From: Candidatus Delongbacteria bacterium
GTDB lineage: Bacteria > CAIWAD01
NCBI GenBank assembly: GCA_963663545.1
Contig: OY760505.1
Coordinates: 2,528,001-2,592,000, forward strand
Direction: 5' to 3'
Length of the DNA: 64,000 nucleotides
Under the pieces are notes generated by a model. The model saw nothing but the letters and a program-made list of their open reading frames with translations, searched no databases and was not told where the DNA came from. The first letter of the stretch is position 1. Each line of letters begins with the position of its first letter. Position numbers and translations under genes: made by a program. Below are positions 1 to 10,947 of the stretch, piece by piece.

Positions 1-1944
1 CTGTGATACAGGCGCATAGAGTTGGTGATACATGGTAATCTGCAGGCTGCCTGTGTCAATGTCAGACAGATCAAAGAACACACGACCATTCTCATCGCTC
101 ATTTCTACGAGCTGAAGCTCATCCGTGAAGTTCTCTTGATACAGGCAGACCGCTACTTCGCTTACGGGAACGCCGTCACTGCTCAGAATCAGCTCGAGTC
201 CCGGATTGTTCACATCGATCTCGTCCGGTAACACAGTGTCAAACTCACCGGGAGTACCCAGCCACATTGTCGTGCCGGGATCACCCATTAAGTTTGCCCA
301 GTTCGCAAAGCTCGCAGCGTGGGAGTCGCCAGCGGGTAGATTCTGCCACAGTTCAAACTCGCCCTGAATCAGACAGGAGCCGATGTAGGGGATGTGATAG
401 TCGAGGAAGCCGCCGTAGTAGCCGCCGCAAATCACATTGTTGTAGGCGGTGTGTGTGCCTAGTGTCGCGAATCCCATGCTGGCCACGGCACCACCGGGCG
501 CACGCAGGAAACACTCAGTAAAGTCGTCGCCGCTGATGAAGTCGCCGGTGCCGCAAGTAAAAATGGTCACTACGGGATAGCGCGGACCCTGGTTCAGGTT
601 CTGCACATCGCTGCAGCTGAGTTCTTCCATACCCACATAGCCACGATAGTTGTAAAAGGCGATGCCGGCGTTGAACCAGTCGTCGACGTGACTGCTACCG
701 CAGCACATGCAGGTGTCCACATCGTCAATGCTGCGCTGTTCCACCATTTCGCCCACGATGGAGCGTGTCAGCGTTTTCATGGAAAGGTGGCAGTGGTCGC
801 TACCCACGGTGAAGCCAACGCCATTCAGCCAGGAGTCTCCCGCCTGCAGTGGATCGCTTTCGTAGGTGACGATTTTGTTCATCACCGAGGCGAGCTGGCT
901 GGCATTGTCCACCGAGATACGGCCAACCGCGACATCACCCAGGATATCGTTTCCCTCAATGGCTGAATAGTACTGGTCATAGTCGGTACTGCCGGAAGGG
1001 ATGGCAAAGGAACCGTCTGTATCACCGATCAGGATGACAAAGTCGATGGGGTCATTGCTCTGATATTCGCTGATGATGCGGTTGCGGATATTGGAGGCCG
1101 TGAAACTGATGTTCTGCTGTGTCACTTCTGTGATACGAAAACCGCGATCGAGCTTCCACTGCTTCCACATGACGTAGCCCGCATTGGATTGCGCCGTTGT
1201 ATTCACAAACACCAGATAGCGGCCGGGCACGGTGCCTGGATTGTGATACGCGCTCTCCATTGCACCTTCTTCTGTCGCGGGGTTGAAGACTTGCATATCG
1301 ATCATGTGGTCCAGCGGCCCTTGGCGATCATTCAGGTGTATCACGCGCTGATTGATGGGGTTCTCGCCGGAGAAGGTCAGCTCAAGATCCAGGCTGTGCC
1401 ATACACGGGCTTCACCCGTTACCGGATTCACTTGAACCGGAGCCAGTTGCAGGCTGATCAGGCGACGGTTGCGCATCAGTGCGGGATCGCTGATTGTGGC
1501 GGGTTCAGCCGGGTAATAGGCATTGGTTGCGTAAAGGTCCAGATCCTGCTGCCAGGGGAGGGGAAGCTCAAACTCCTGGTGCAGGGTTTCCTGGGCAGGA
1601 TAGAATAAACTGTGATACACCAATTCACTTTCGCCGCGTATCACGCGAACATGGACGTCGGCGCGATCAGGAATCTCGATCAGTTGTGTCACAAGAGGCA
1701 GCTCGGGGGCTCCGGGTTTGCATAGCATTGATTGCCCGTCTACGCTGTAGCGCACCCACTCTACGCCAAAGACTTCCTGCAGATCCATCTCCACCGGGGG
1801 GAGATCGATATGCAGCGTGTGTCGTGCAGCGTCTGAACTGACCTCACTGTCTGTAACACGAAGCAGGGATGCCCAGGTTGTGCTACTCGATGCAAGTAAC
1901 AAGAGAACCGGCATCCGGCTCCAAAAGGGTTTGCTAAGGATCAT
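1..1944 (-). CDS. C25 (gingipain-like) peptidase family protein, 3' part outside window
   Basis: Not in the ORF track because it runs off the edge. Manual translation from ATG 1944 (GGAG RBS at 1951-1954) gives signal peptide MILSKPFWSRMPVLLLLAS..., propeptide PGAPELPLVTQLIEIPDRA and core FYNYRGYVGM...QGPRYPVVTIFTCGTGDF. Collinear with the 2106..6716 paralog. Confidence 0.9.
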   Translation of the reverse strand, partial: MILSKPFWSRMPVLLLLASSSTTWASLLRVTDSEVSSDAARHTLHIDLPPVEMDLQEVFGVEWVRYSVDGQSMLCKPGAPELPLVTQLIEIPDRADVHVRVIRGESELVYHSLFYPAQETLHQEFELPLPWQQDLDLYATNAYYPAEPATISDPALMRNRRLISLQLAPVQVNPVTGEARVWHSLDLELTFSGENPINQRVIHLNDRQGPLDHMIDMQVFNPATEEGAMESAYHNPGTVPGRYLVFVNTTAQSNAGYVMWKQWKLDRGFRITEVTQQNISFTASNIRNRIISEYQSNDPIDFVILIGDTDGSFAIPSGSTDYDQYYSAIEGNDILGDVAVGRISVDNASQLASVMNKIVTYESDPLQAGDSWLNGVGFTVGSDHCHLSMKTLTRSIVGEMVEQRSIDDVDTCMCCGSSHVDDWFNAGIAFYNYRGYVGMEELSCSDVQNLNQGPRYPVVTIFTCGTGDFISGDDFTECFLRAPGGAVASMGFATLGTHTAYNNVICGGYYGGFLDYHIPYIGSCLIQGEFELWQNLPAGDSHAASFANWANLMGDPGTTMWLGTPGEFDTVLPDEIDVNNPGLELILSSDGVPVSEVAVCLYQENFTDELQLVEMSDENGRVFFDLSDIDTGSLQITMYHQLYAPVSQ

Positions 1945-2048
1945 TGGATTCTCCAAAAGCTGGTGGACAACAGGTCTAACGAGGGTTCAGGCGAGACGTC
2001 TCAGCTTACGAAGCCGTGAGTGCAATGTGAAGTGATATTCCGGTTATC

Positions 2049-2086
2049 AAAAGAAAAAGGCCCTCAGCCGGAGGGCGGAGGGCCTT
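2049..2086 (-). terminator. Rho-independent terminator
   Basis: GGCCCTC...GAGGGCC stem followed by a U-tract on the minus strand, just after the stop at 2106. Confidence 0.7.
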
Positions 2087-2105
2087 GGTTCGCGATGCTA
2101 AAGGC

Positions 2106-5100
2106 TTACTTCATCAACATCAACTTCATCTGATCATAACCGCCATCGGTCTTGAGCTGCAGGATGTACAAGCCCGAGGCCAGGCTGGCAGCATCCCACT
2201 GCAACTCGTGATGACCCGCAGGCAGCTGCTGATTGTCCAGCAGATTCAGCACAAGCTGACCGCGCAGATTGAAGACGCGCACGCTGGCCGGTCCCGCCTG
2301 GGACAGCTCGAAGGCAATGCGCGTGCTGGGATTGAAGGGATTGGGCCAGGCGCCCACCAAACGACTGCTCTCGGGCCGCAGTGTCGGCTCATCCAGATCC
2401 GTCACATTCATCGTCACCGGAATCGAACGCTGCTGACCGGCAGGATCATTGCACAGAATGTTGATCTGCATCAGATAGTCACCATCGGGCAGCTGATAAC
2501 CGGGCAGACTTGTGGTCAGCACCTGTAGGTACTCTGTGGCACCGGCGACAACCATGCCCTCAACAGGATCCACCAGGCGAATCCACGAAGGCGGAGTCAG
2601 GCGCGCACACCAGGGCTCATGGCCGGAAATATCCTCGTTGTAGATCAGAGTCATGCCTTCGTGACTCATGCCCTGAATGCCTACGGTTCCGCTCTCGCCG
2701 GCATCGTAGACGTCACTGTCCGTGTTCAGGATCTGCAGCGTGATCTCGCCCAGACTGCGAATGATCACTTGGAAGCTAAAGGGACCGCCGTTGCTGAAGG
2801 GATTGTAATGGGGCACATCAACCCAGGTCACCACCAGACTGTCCACGCCGTCGCTCCACCACCAGCAGTAGCCTTCGGTATTCAGTTCAGGCTTCAGGTT
2901 ATCCCACCAACCCGCTACGATGTACTCGGGCGCATCCTCGGAGGGCAACTCTACGTTGTTCGGATAAGCCGCCGCGTCGCTGAAAGCAACGTAGCCGTTG
3001 GGGCTGATGCGGAAGGAGTCGAAGCGGCGTCCGTAGAGGTGGACAGGCATCTCGAGCGCAATTTCTGCCGTGGTGGAATCGTGGTGACTGAAGCTCACCG
3101 GAGTTGCTACATCGCTGTAATCCAGCCAGTTGAACTCGGGGCCGCTGTCTTCCTGGTTGTCGATCCAGGTGTAGCCGAAGTCATCGGGGCCGCCCGTATC
3201 ACGGCCAGAGGGCTCGGAAAGCCAGGCTTCCCAGAAGAGGGGCAGTTCGCCAGCGTTGTGCAGGGCAATGCTGTCCAGAACAACTTCCTCGGCACCGAGG
3301 TCCAGCACCAGTTCTTCCGTGCTTAACTGCAGTTCCGGCGGCAGCAGGGAGCCGGACATGGTCGTCGTCATCCGAATTGCCACACCATCAGCAATGGCGT
3401 GCATCGTACTTGGACGGACGCCGTAGTTCAGCAGGGTCGTGCCCATGGTTGAGCTCCAGTCTTTGAAGCCCACCGAGCAACCCGGGAAGTCGGCGCCGGA
3501 GTTCTGCGTGTTGTTGAAATCCTCGTACTGGTAGACGAACTCGCCATCGCCAGTGGCCGTCGGATAATACATCGCATCAAAGAGAATCAGCTGGAAGGTG
3601 TTGGGACCGCCGGACTGGTTTGCCGGGCAGTCATTCCAGGTGAAGATGGCGCGGTGCAGGTCTTCATCATAGTAGTAGAAGACACCTACCGTACCGGAGG
3701 CCGAGGTACCTGATTCGTGGTCATCCCACATTGGAGCGATCATGGCGTCGGGGCCGATGCCGAGCGGGAAGCCGTGGTTGCGGAAGTCGACTTCGCCGAA
3801 GCCGTTCTCTTCAAAGGCAATGAAGCCGTTGGAGCAGACGAAGACTTCTTCGTAGGTCCGCCCGTAGTACGTGAAGTCAAAGGGCAGATCCATCCAGATG
3901 GCGTCATCCTGCTCTTCGCCGCCGTCGTTAATAGCTAGGCGCACGCCTTCGCCACCAAACTGCGGGACAATCTCGATCCATTCGTACTCAGGGGCCAGAT
4001 CGTAGGTGTTGTCGCTGTTTTCATAAGCCCAGTAGCCGTACTCGTCCGGACCCGTTGGATCTGTGCTACTAGCTGTTCCCACCTGCAGGTTGACGGTCGT
4101 CTGTCCGCGCGGGTCGCCGTTGTCGGTATACCAGCTCAGCTCCATCGGAATCTGCAGACCGTTGATGGTGGTTATGTCGACGCTGACGCTGTAGTCAAGA
4201 TTGACGCTTGAACCCGGCGCAAAACTGCCGACGGTAATCGGCGTGGTATTGACCTCGGCATAGTTCAACAGGGGAACCAGCTCGAAGAGCAGCGCCTCAT
4301 TTCGGCTGCCGGCGTTTTCCATTGTAACACGGAAAGTGCGCGTCATGCCCGGATCGAAACTCCCCTCGGGGTAGGAGACGTTTAGCGGTGCCGGCTCGCA
4401 GGAGGTCAGATGCAAGGGCAATAGGAGTTCGAAATCCTGCTCGCTGCTGCTCACGCTCAAGGAAACAGGAACCAGATCGCCGTCGGCAAGGGTCATCTGC
4501 GGTGATACACTGAGACCGCTGAAGGTGTGCGTGGCACCCGCCGCTAGACTGGTCAGTGTCAGCGGTCCGCCAACAACTTCACCAAAGTCCGCGTCCAGAC
4601 TTGCACTGAGGCTCAGGTTGGTGAGGGCCGCCGTGCCAAGATTCTCCAGCTCGAAGCTGAGGCTCTGATCCGCGCTAACGGTCACCAAGCCGCTGGCGGG
4701 GGCGCTGATTTCACTCAGCTGCAAGTTCTGGCTGGCCGCTCCGACGGTCACCGCCTGCTGCTGCGAGAGGTAAAGATGATGGTGCATGGTCAGCTTTGCG
4801 CTGCCATTCTCGATTTCGGGCAGGACCAGCAGTACGTGGCCATCGGCGTCGGAAAGGGCGCTGACCTGTGTTTCGCTAAGAGCTCCGTCTTGGTAGAAGG
4901 TGACCGTAACACCCTCGACGGGGACAACGCCATCTGTAATGGTGAACTCAATGTGATTCGTGCCCTCGGGAAGAGTGGCGTAATCGGAAAGCGGGGCCAC
5001 AAGGGTTCCGGGAACCCCGCACCACATCGGCATACCGGGATCACCCATCAGGTTGGCCCAATCTGCGAACTCGGTAGCGTGAACGTCATTGGCAGGCAGA

Positions 5101-6716
5101 TTGAACCACAGCTCGTACTCACCTTGAATGAGGCAGGAGCCGATCCAGGGAGTGTCGTACTCGAGCATGGAGTTGTAGAAGCCGCCGCAGACGATATTGT
5201 TGTAGCGCGTATGCGTTCCCACAGTGGCAAAGCCGATGCAGGCACTACCGCCGCCTTCGGCGGTCACGAAGTACTCGCTGTAGTCGTCGCCGCCGACAAA
5301 GTCACCGGTTCCGCAGGTGAAAATGGTCACAACCGGGTAGCGGGGACCCTGGTTCAGGTTCTGTGCCATGGAGGTGGTGAAACCGTCCATGCCTACCCAA
5401 CCGCGATAGTTGTAAAAGCAAATGCCCTCGTTGAACCAGCCCACTACCTGATCGCCGTAGCAGCAGTAGCAGGAATCGGGGAAGGTAATACCACGACGCT
5501 CGACCATTTCGCCCATGATACTGCGGCTCAGGGTCTTCATCGAGAGAAAGCAATGGCTCGAACCAACGGTGAAGCCGACGTGGTTCAGCCAGGCGGTACC
5601 GGTTTCGAGAGGGTTCTTTTCGTAGCTCAGAATCTTAAGCATGATGGCCGTCAACTGGTTGGCGTTGTCGGCGGGAATGCGGCCTACGGCCACATCGCCA
5701 AGGATATCGCCACCCTCAATGGCCGAATAGTACTGGTCCAGCTCGCCGTCGTAATCGCTGCCCTGGGTAGGAACACCAGCTACATCGCCCAACAGCATCA
5801 CGAAGTCGACGGGATCGTCACCGGAGTATTCCTGAATGATGCGGCTGCGAATGCCGCTGGCAGTCCACGAGATATCGCTGGACGAGACCGGCACGATTTC
5901 GTGGCCCTTTTCCTTCTTCCAGGCCGCCCACTGCAAATAGCCGGGGTTGCTCAGGAAGGTGCTGGAGCCGAACACCAGATACTTGCCCGGCATTGTTCCA
6001 GGGTTGTGGTAGGTCTCGCTGCTCAACGCACCGGCCTGCGGTGCGGCGGGATTGAAGATGTCACGGCTGATCAGCGCGCTCATCGGGCTGTCATCATCGG
6101 CCAGGACGAACTCTCGCTGGTTAATGGGGTTTTCGCCCACATAGCGCACCGAGAGCTCCATACGGCTCCAGATGCGCGTCATGCCGGTGACGGGATTTAC
6201 CTGCACCGGATGCAGCGCCAGATTGACAACGCGGTTGTTGCGCATCAAAGCTGGATCACTGACTTCGGCTACCTCCGCCGGCCAGAAGGCGTCGCTGCTG
6301 TAAACGTCAGCAGACTGCAACCAGGCCAGAGGCAGGTCATACTCTGTGTGAAGGCGCTCCTGTTGAGGATAGGCGAGCGCAAGTTGCTGATCGGTGTATT
6401 CACCGCCCACAACCTGCACTTCGACACCCGCCCGGTCGGGCATGGCCAGCAACTGGTGTACAGCGGGTAGATCCGGCGCCCCGGGAATGCCGAGGTAACC
6501 GGCGCCTTCAATCGTGAAGGTCTGCCAGCGGATGCCAGTGTCCACTTCCTGCCCCAGTGTGACGGGAGGAAGCTCCACACTTACCGTATAACGATCCCCT
6601 CCAGCCTCAACTTCGTGATCAACGAGTTGCAGACCGGCGGCCAAGACTCCCTGAAGGCATAAGCCCCCAAGCAGCAAAGCCAAGCTTGCGCGCAGATTGT
6701 GACTGCCGAGTAACAT
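2106..6716 (-). CDS. C25 (gingipain-like) peptidase family protein with two GPDxYGY/nidogen-like modules and C-terminal sorting domain
   Basis: ORF 2106..6827; start moved to ATG 6716 (GGAGAG RBS, signal peptide). Propeptide, VAVGRIP, TIFTCGTGDF, NLMGDP motifs; ends WPNPFNPST...KLMLMK. Confidence 0.88.
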   Translation of the reverse strand: MLLGSHNLRASLALLLGGLCLQGVLAAGLQLVDHEVEAGGDRYTVSVELPPVTLGQEVDTGIRWQTFTIEGAGYLGIPGAPDLPAVHQLLAMPDRAGVEVQVVGGEYTDQQLALAYPQQERLHTEYDLPLAWLQSADVYSSDAFWPAEVAEVSDPALMRNNRVVNLALHPVQVNPVTGMTRIWSRMELSVRYVGENPINQREFVLADDDSPMSALISRDIFNPAAPQAGALSSETYHNPGTMPGKYLVFGSSTFLSNPGYLQWAAWKKEKGHEIVPVSSSDISWTASGIRSRIIQEYSGDDPVDFVMLLGDVAGVPTQGSDYDGELDQYYSAIEGGDILGDVAVGRIPADNANQLTAIMLKILSYEKNPLETGTAWLNHVGFTVGSSHCFLSMKTLSRSIMGEMVERRGITFPDSCYCCYGDQVVGWFNEGICFYNYRGWVGMDGFTTSMAQNLNQGPRYPVVTIFTCGTGDFVGGDDYSEYFVTAEGGGSACIGFATVGTHTRYNNIVCGGFYNSMLEYDTPWIGSCLIQGEYELWFNLPANDVHATEFADWANLMGDPGMPMWCGVPGTLVAPLSDYATLPEGTNHIEFTITDGVVPVEGVTVTFYQDGALSETQVSALSDADGHVLLVLPEIENGSAKLTMHHHLYLSQQQAVTVGAASQNLQLSEISAPASGLVTVSADQSLSFELENLGTAALTNLSLSASLDADFGEVVGGPLTLTSLAAGATHTFSGLSVSPQMTLADGDLVPVSLSVSSSEQDFELLLPLHLTSCEPAPLNVSYPEGSFDPGMTRTFRVTMENAGSRNEALLFELVPLLNYAEVNTTPITVGSFAPGSSVNLDYSVSVDITTINGLQIPMELSWYTDNGDPRGQTTVNLQVGTASSTDPTGPDEYGYWAYENSDNTYDLAPEYEWIEIVPQFGGEGVRLAINDGGEEQDDAIWMDLPFDFTYYGRTYEEVFVCSNGFIAFEENGFGEVDFRNHGFPLGIGPDAMIAPMWDDHESGTSASGTVGVFYYYDEDLHRAIFTWNDCPANQSGGPNTFQLILFDAMYYPTATGDGEFVYQYEDFNNTQNSGADFPGCSVGFKDWSSTMGTTLLNYGVRPSTMHAIADGVAIRMTTTMSGSLLPPELQLSTEELVLDLGAEEVVLDSIALHNAGELPLFWEAWLSEPSGRDTGGPDDFGYTWIDNQEDSGPEFNWLDYSDVATPVSFSHHDSTTAEIALEMPVHLYGRRFDSFRISPNGYVAFSDAAAYPNNVELPSEDAPEYIVAGWWDNLKPELNTEGYCWWWSDGVDSLVVTWVDVPHYNPFSNGGPFSFQVIIRSLGEITLQILNTDSDVYDAGESGTVGIQGMSHEGMTLIYNEDISGHEPWCARLTPPSWIRLVDPVEGMVVAGATEYLQVLTTSLPGYQLPDGDYLMQINILCNDPAGQQRSIPVTMNVTDLDEPTLRPESSRLVGAWPNPFNPSTRIAFELSQAGPASVRVFNLRGQLVLNLLDNQQLPAGHHELQWDAASLASGLYILQLKTDGGYDQMKLMLMK

Positions 6717-7024
6717 GCGGCTCTCCGATGTTGTTGTCCAGCGGAAGTAAAATTCAAGTCGGTTCACGTCGCAAAAACCAAGCCCAAGGAAAAACACGTA
6801 CTTCAGGATTCCGTAGGCGAAGCTCAACTGAACAACTTAGGATAATCTACCAGCGTGGGAAGCCGTTTGCGTGTAAGTGCGGAGTTGTCCCTCAACGTAG
6901 TGTCCTTGATCTGTACTATTGAAGTGCGCCAAGGGGAGTCGCTTAGGCCTTACATTATATTCACAGTATTTAACACTCCTGCATTCGGGGGCGGGAAAAT
7001 GGCCCGAAACAATGCTGATTGAGT

Positions 7025-7040
7025 TGGAACGGGCTTTGCA
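7025..7040 (+). promoter_or_regulatory. Putative sigma-54 promoter
   Basis: TGGAAC-GGGCT-TTGCA matches -24/-12 consensus about 95 bp upstream of 7134. Confidence 0.5.
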
Positions 7041-7133
7041 GGATAAGGCGCACTTCGAATTCATGCGCAGAAGGATTTCGCCAACGCCAGTGATCCTGCC
7101 TAGTGGGGGGCGAACAAGTATCGGAGAGTAGGT

Positions 7134-10100
7134 GTGGTAAAGGCTCGCGTTCAAGTTCACCCTTTGTGCATACGCGTCTTTGTGTTGGCCTCACTCCTCG
7201 TGGGGCTTTGGCGTTTTGTGCAGGCGCAACCCGCGGATTCACAAGGTGTGAGCGTCAATGTGCAGGAGAACGCTGGCGGCCTCGTTCGCGTCGAGCTGCT
7301 TCTGAAGGAGTACCAGCTTCGCAGCCATCCCGAGGGTGTTGAACTGCTCATCGCCGGACTTGATGGCATGCCTGCGCCGGGCGGACCCGCCTTCCTGATT
7401 TGGAGCGGCTTGCTGCTCCTGCCCGAAGGCGTTTGCGTTGGGCTGCACGAAGTCGAGCGCGAAGAGGAGAATCTTGGAACACGCACTTTGCTAAGCGTGC
7501 CGCCCAGCTTGAGCGAGAAAGAGGCGTGCGAGCAGATTCGCGAACCCTGGACGAAACACAGCCGCTGGCCTGAAGAGCCGCTTTGGAACGAGTCACCGGC
7601 GCGCTGGCTTGGTCGCCGTGTGCTTCCTATAAGTGCGGCAATGGCGCGTGTCGACGAAAAGGGCGACTTGCATTTGCTGAAGCGTCTTGTCTTTGAGCTA
7701 CGTCCGACGGGCAGCGAGTGCCGCGAGGCGCACAGCCGCCGTCCGGCCCCTTCACCGGTGCTGGATCAGGTGGTTGCTGCAGCGGTGCTCAACCCTGGCA
7801 CCTTGCGCGAGCTGCGACCGGCCGATAAACTTGGCCGTTATCTCGTAGTTACTCCCGACGCCGCTCTACCCTATCTGGACGACTGGCTGCTGGAGAAGCG
7901 GCTGCAGGGCTGGGAGATGTCCATCGTGCCTGAAAGTGAACTGGCTGACAATGGACAACCGGAGTTCGACCTGATTCTCGAGCGCGTGCAGCAGGAGTAC
8001 GAGGATAACGGCGTCGATTGTCTGCTGCTCGTCGGCGACATCGACCGTTACGAAAACGCTTCTCCCTGGAATCTTGAGGCGGGCTTCATCCCGGGGGGTG
8101 CCTATGCCGAGAGTCATTGGAGTTCGCGCTGTGATGCATACGATTGCATTGTCAGTGATCACTTGCTTTCGCTCTGTGAAGGCGACGATTACTTCGCCGA
8201 CATTCTTGTTGGTCGCTGGTCGGTGGACAATGCGCAGCAGATGGCAACGGTAGTCGCGCGCAGTGTGGCCTACGAAACAAAGCTGCTGCAGACCTCGGGC
8301 ACCGACTGGTATTCGCACGGCTTGATGATTTACGATATCGCTGGAGCCGGCAGTCGTCGTGAGACAAAGCAGGCCATTCGAAATCGACTTCTGGATTTTG
8401 GTATGACGCAGGTGGATACCATCTCCAATCACTATTGGCTGAATCCCGTCTCGCCCTATCTGGTGGTGCAGGACGTGAATGCCGGAGTGTCTCTGGTGAA
8501 TTATCGCGGCTACGGTCAGCGCTCAACCTGGGTCGGTCCCGCATTCAACGTCGAACACATCACGTACGATCTAAGCAATGCAGGTCGTTGGCCTTTGGTG
8601 ACCAGCATCGTCTGTGGGGGCGGAGACTTCGCCTCTGTCGGGTCGGATCCCTGTTTCGGCGAAGCGTGGCTACGTGCCGGTGATGCCGCAGCGCCCTATG
8701 GCGCTGTCGCCTTTATTGGTCCTTCTGAAGAAGACACACACACGCGCTGGAACAACTGTCTCGATCAGGGCTTGTATCACGGCCTTGTTGCCGAGAATAC
8801 GCGTCTGATTGGCGCTTTATTGGATCGTGGCAAACAGGAAGTCTACGAGTGCTTTCCCCTGGAGCGCGAGTGGGGATCGCCCGGACAGAGTGTGCCGTTC
8901 TATTTCCATTGCTACAACTTGCTGGGCGATCCGGGGTTGGAAGTGCGTACCGTCGAGCCGTGTTCATTGATGGTCAGCTGTGATACACTTGTGTTGGGGC
9001 AGTCGTCCATGCGCATTGGTATCACCGATGATACGGGCAGACCTGTAGCAGGTGCGCGCTGCTGCCTGCTGGTGGCGGACACACTGCGACTTGCCTTTGC
9101 CTTCAGCGATGAGTCGGGCGAGGCACTGCTGGAGTTTGACCCTCTGCAGTACTCTGCGGTGACGCTGGGAGTAAGTGCGCCGGATGCGCTTCCGCGGAGT
9201 TTCGAAATGATCTGTGCGGAAACAGACAGCAGACCTGATTTCCTCGGCCTTGTGATACAAGGGGATGACGATGGTCTGGCCAGTCCACGTGAGACCCTTG
9301 TACTTGAACCGGTCTTCGTCGAGCGTGGCAGTAACGGTGACGCCACTGCAACTCTTGAGCTGCAAAGCCTTCATTCAGGCCTGACCATTGTGCAATCACT
9401 GGCCACTCTTCTAGGCGCAATGCCCGGTGATACAATGCATGTCGATGCACCCTGGCGGGTGGAGATCGCATCTGGGCTTGAACACGGCCAGTTGCTGCCA
9501 ATGGACATTCTTCAGGGGGGCGAGTGGCTTGCCCGCGCACAATTGCGTGTCAGTGCACCTATGTTGCGCCTGCAATCAGCGGAAGTGGGCGGTCAAAGTC
9601 TGGAGCCCGGTGCAGAGGGGCTAGTGACTCTGAGGGTGGATAATATTGGTGGACAGCAGCTGGATAGTGTGTACTACAAATTGAGCTCCCTCAGCAATGG
9701 ACTTGAGATTGACGAGGAACTGATAGGGCCAGTCGCGTTAGCGCCCGGTGATACAATGCTGCTTTCGGGCGGAAGCTGGAGTCTGAGCGAGGACCTGGTG
9801 CGTGGCGAGTCGCTCTCCTTGCGATTGCAGGCTTGGACACTTGACGAGGACACGGTGACGCAGCCGCCGTTGCTGAATAACCTGATGCAGACAAGCCTGG
9901 GTGTAAACGGCCAAGGGGACCCGCTGGGGCCTGATGCCTTTGGCCACTTGATCTACGACAACCTAGACGAGGGGTGGAGCGGAGTGCCGCTGGATCAGTG
10001 GTTTGAAATCAGCGCCATAGGGCAGGAGCAGGATCTCGAGGATCAGTTCAACGCCTTCAACGAAGGCTGTGACGGTGTGAGCCTTCTGCTGGATCTTCCC

Positions 10101-10928
10101 TTCGACTTTCCTTTCTGGGGCGAGCTGTATCACACACTTACGGTCAACTCAAACGGCTGGATCGCTTTTGGTGACCAGCGAGAGTACATCTCGGGCTTGA
10201 ACGCCCCCATTCCTTCAGCGCAAAGCGCACCGGGACTTGTGGCTGTTCAATGGACGGACCTTTACAGTGCTTACAATACCTCCGCAGTGGGTCATTTCTA
10301 TTCGTATCACAACCAGGACGATGGCGTCTATGTGCTGGAGTGGCTGAATTTCCGATTTGATTACAGCACAATCTCCACAACTTTCCAGATACAATTGCTC
10401 GATCCGTCCCGCTATCCCTTGCCGAACGGCGAAGGACAGATGATCGTGCACTACCAGGATGCACGTGATGATCTGGGTGATCTGGGTGTAACCATCGGTA
10501 TCGAAGATCCTCAGCAAAACCATGGCTTGCAGTACACGTTTGCCCGGCAGTATCCGGACTGTGCCCAGCCTCTCGATGATGGACTTTCGCTCTGGATCAC
10601 TAGTTCGCCCCTCTACAGCACAGTAGACGAACCCCGTTCCGTGACACAGAGTTGGGAAGTCGGCTTAATGACCTATCCCAACCCGGCCAATCCCGTTGCG
10701 CAACTGAGCTGGCAACAGCCGCAGCATGCACGCGGCGACTGGTCGCTCTACAACCTTCGCGGAGCCCGTGTGATACACGAAGAGCTGGGCGAGTTAGCCG
10801 CAGGTGCACAACGTGTTACCGTTGACAGCAGTGCTTTGGCCAGTGGTATGTATTTCGCCGTCCTGCGTTTGCGTAGCTCAGACGGTGTGATACATCGAAG
10901 TAGCTGTAAAATGATCATGATGAAGTAG
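7134..10928 (+). CDS. C25 (gingipain-like) peptidase family protein with C-terminal sorting domain
   Basis: Signal peptide; LLLVGD, DILVGRW, VNYRGYG, TSIVCGGGDF, YNLLGDP; ends YPNPANP...KMIMMK. Confidence 0.88.
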   Translation: MVKARVQVHPLCIRVFVLASLLVGLWRFVQAQPADSQGVSVNVQENAGGLVRVELLLKEYQLRSHPEGVELLIAGLDGMPAPGGPAFLIWSGLLLLPEGVCVGLHEVEREEENLGTRTLLSVPPSLSEKEACEQIREPWTKHSRWPEEPLWNESPARWLGRRVLPISAAMARVDEKGDLHLLKRLVFELRPTGSECREAHSRRPAPSPVLDQVVAAAVLNPGTLRELRPADKLGRYLVVTPDAALPYLDDWLLEKRLQGWEMSIVPESELADNGQPEFDLILERVQQEYEDNGVDCLLLVGDIDRYENASPWNLEAGFIPGGAYAESHWSSRCDAYDCIVSDHLLSLCEGDDYFADILVGRWSVDNAQQMATVVARSVAYETKLLQTSGTDWYSHGLMIYDIAGAGSRRETKQAIRNRLLDFGMTQVDTISNHYWLNPVSPYLVVQDVNAGVSLVNYRGYGQRSTWVGPAFNVEHITYDLSNAGRWPLVTSIVCGGGDFASVGSDPCFGEAWLRAGDAAAPYGAVAFIGPSEEDTHTRWNNCLDQGLYHGLVAENTRLIGALLDRGKQEVYECFPLEREWGSPGQSVPFYFHCYNLLGDPGLEVRTVEPCSLMVSCDTLVLGQSSMRIGITDDTGRPVAGARCCLLVADTLRLAFAFSDESGEALLEFDPLQYSAVTLGVSAPDALPRSFEMICAETDSRPDFLGLVIQGDDDGLASPRETLVLEPVFVERGSNGDATATLELQSLHSGLTIVQSLATLLGAMPGDTMHVDAPWRVEIASGLEHGQLLPMDILQGGEWLARAQLRVSAPMLRLQSAEVGGQSLEPGAEGLVTLRVDNIGGQQLDSVYYKLSSLSNGLEIDEELIGPVALAPGDTMLLSGGSWSLSEDLVRGESLSLRLQAWTLDEDTVTQPPLLNNLMQTSLGVNGQGDPLGPDAFGHLIYDNLDEGWSGVPLDQWFEISAIGQEQDLEDQFNAFNEGCDGVSLLLDLPFDFPFWGELYHTLTVNSNGWIAFGDQREYISGLNAPIPSAQSAPGLVAVQWTDLYSAYNTSAVGHFYSYHNQDDGVYVLEWLNFRFDYSTISTTFQIQLLDPSRYPLPNGEGQMIVHYQDARDDLGDLGVTIGIEDPQQNHGLQYTFARQYPDCAQPLDDGLSLWITSSPLYSTVDEPRSVTQSWEVGLMTYPNPANPVAQLSWQQPQHARGDWSLYNLRGARVIHEELGELAAGAQRVTVDSSALASGMYFAVLRLRSSDGVIHRSSCKMIMMK

Positions 10929-10947
10929 ACGAAACAGGAAAGATGCC

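Noticed and set aside
4776..6470. Long antisense ORFs (e.g. 564 aa here, also 43971..44936 and 49787..50887)
   Set aside because: They lie opposite well-supported genes, have no motifs, and are expected shadows in GC-rich DNA
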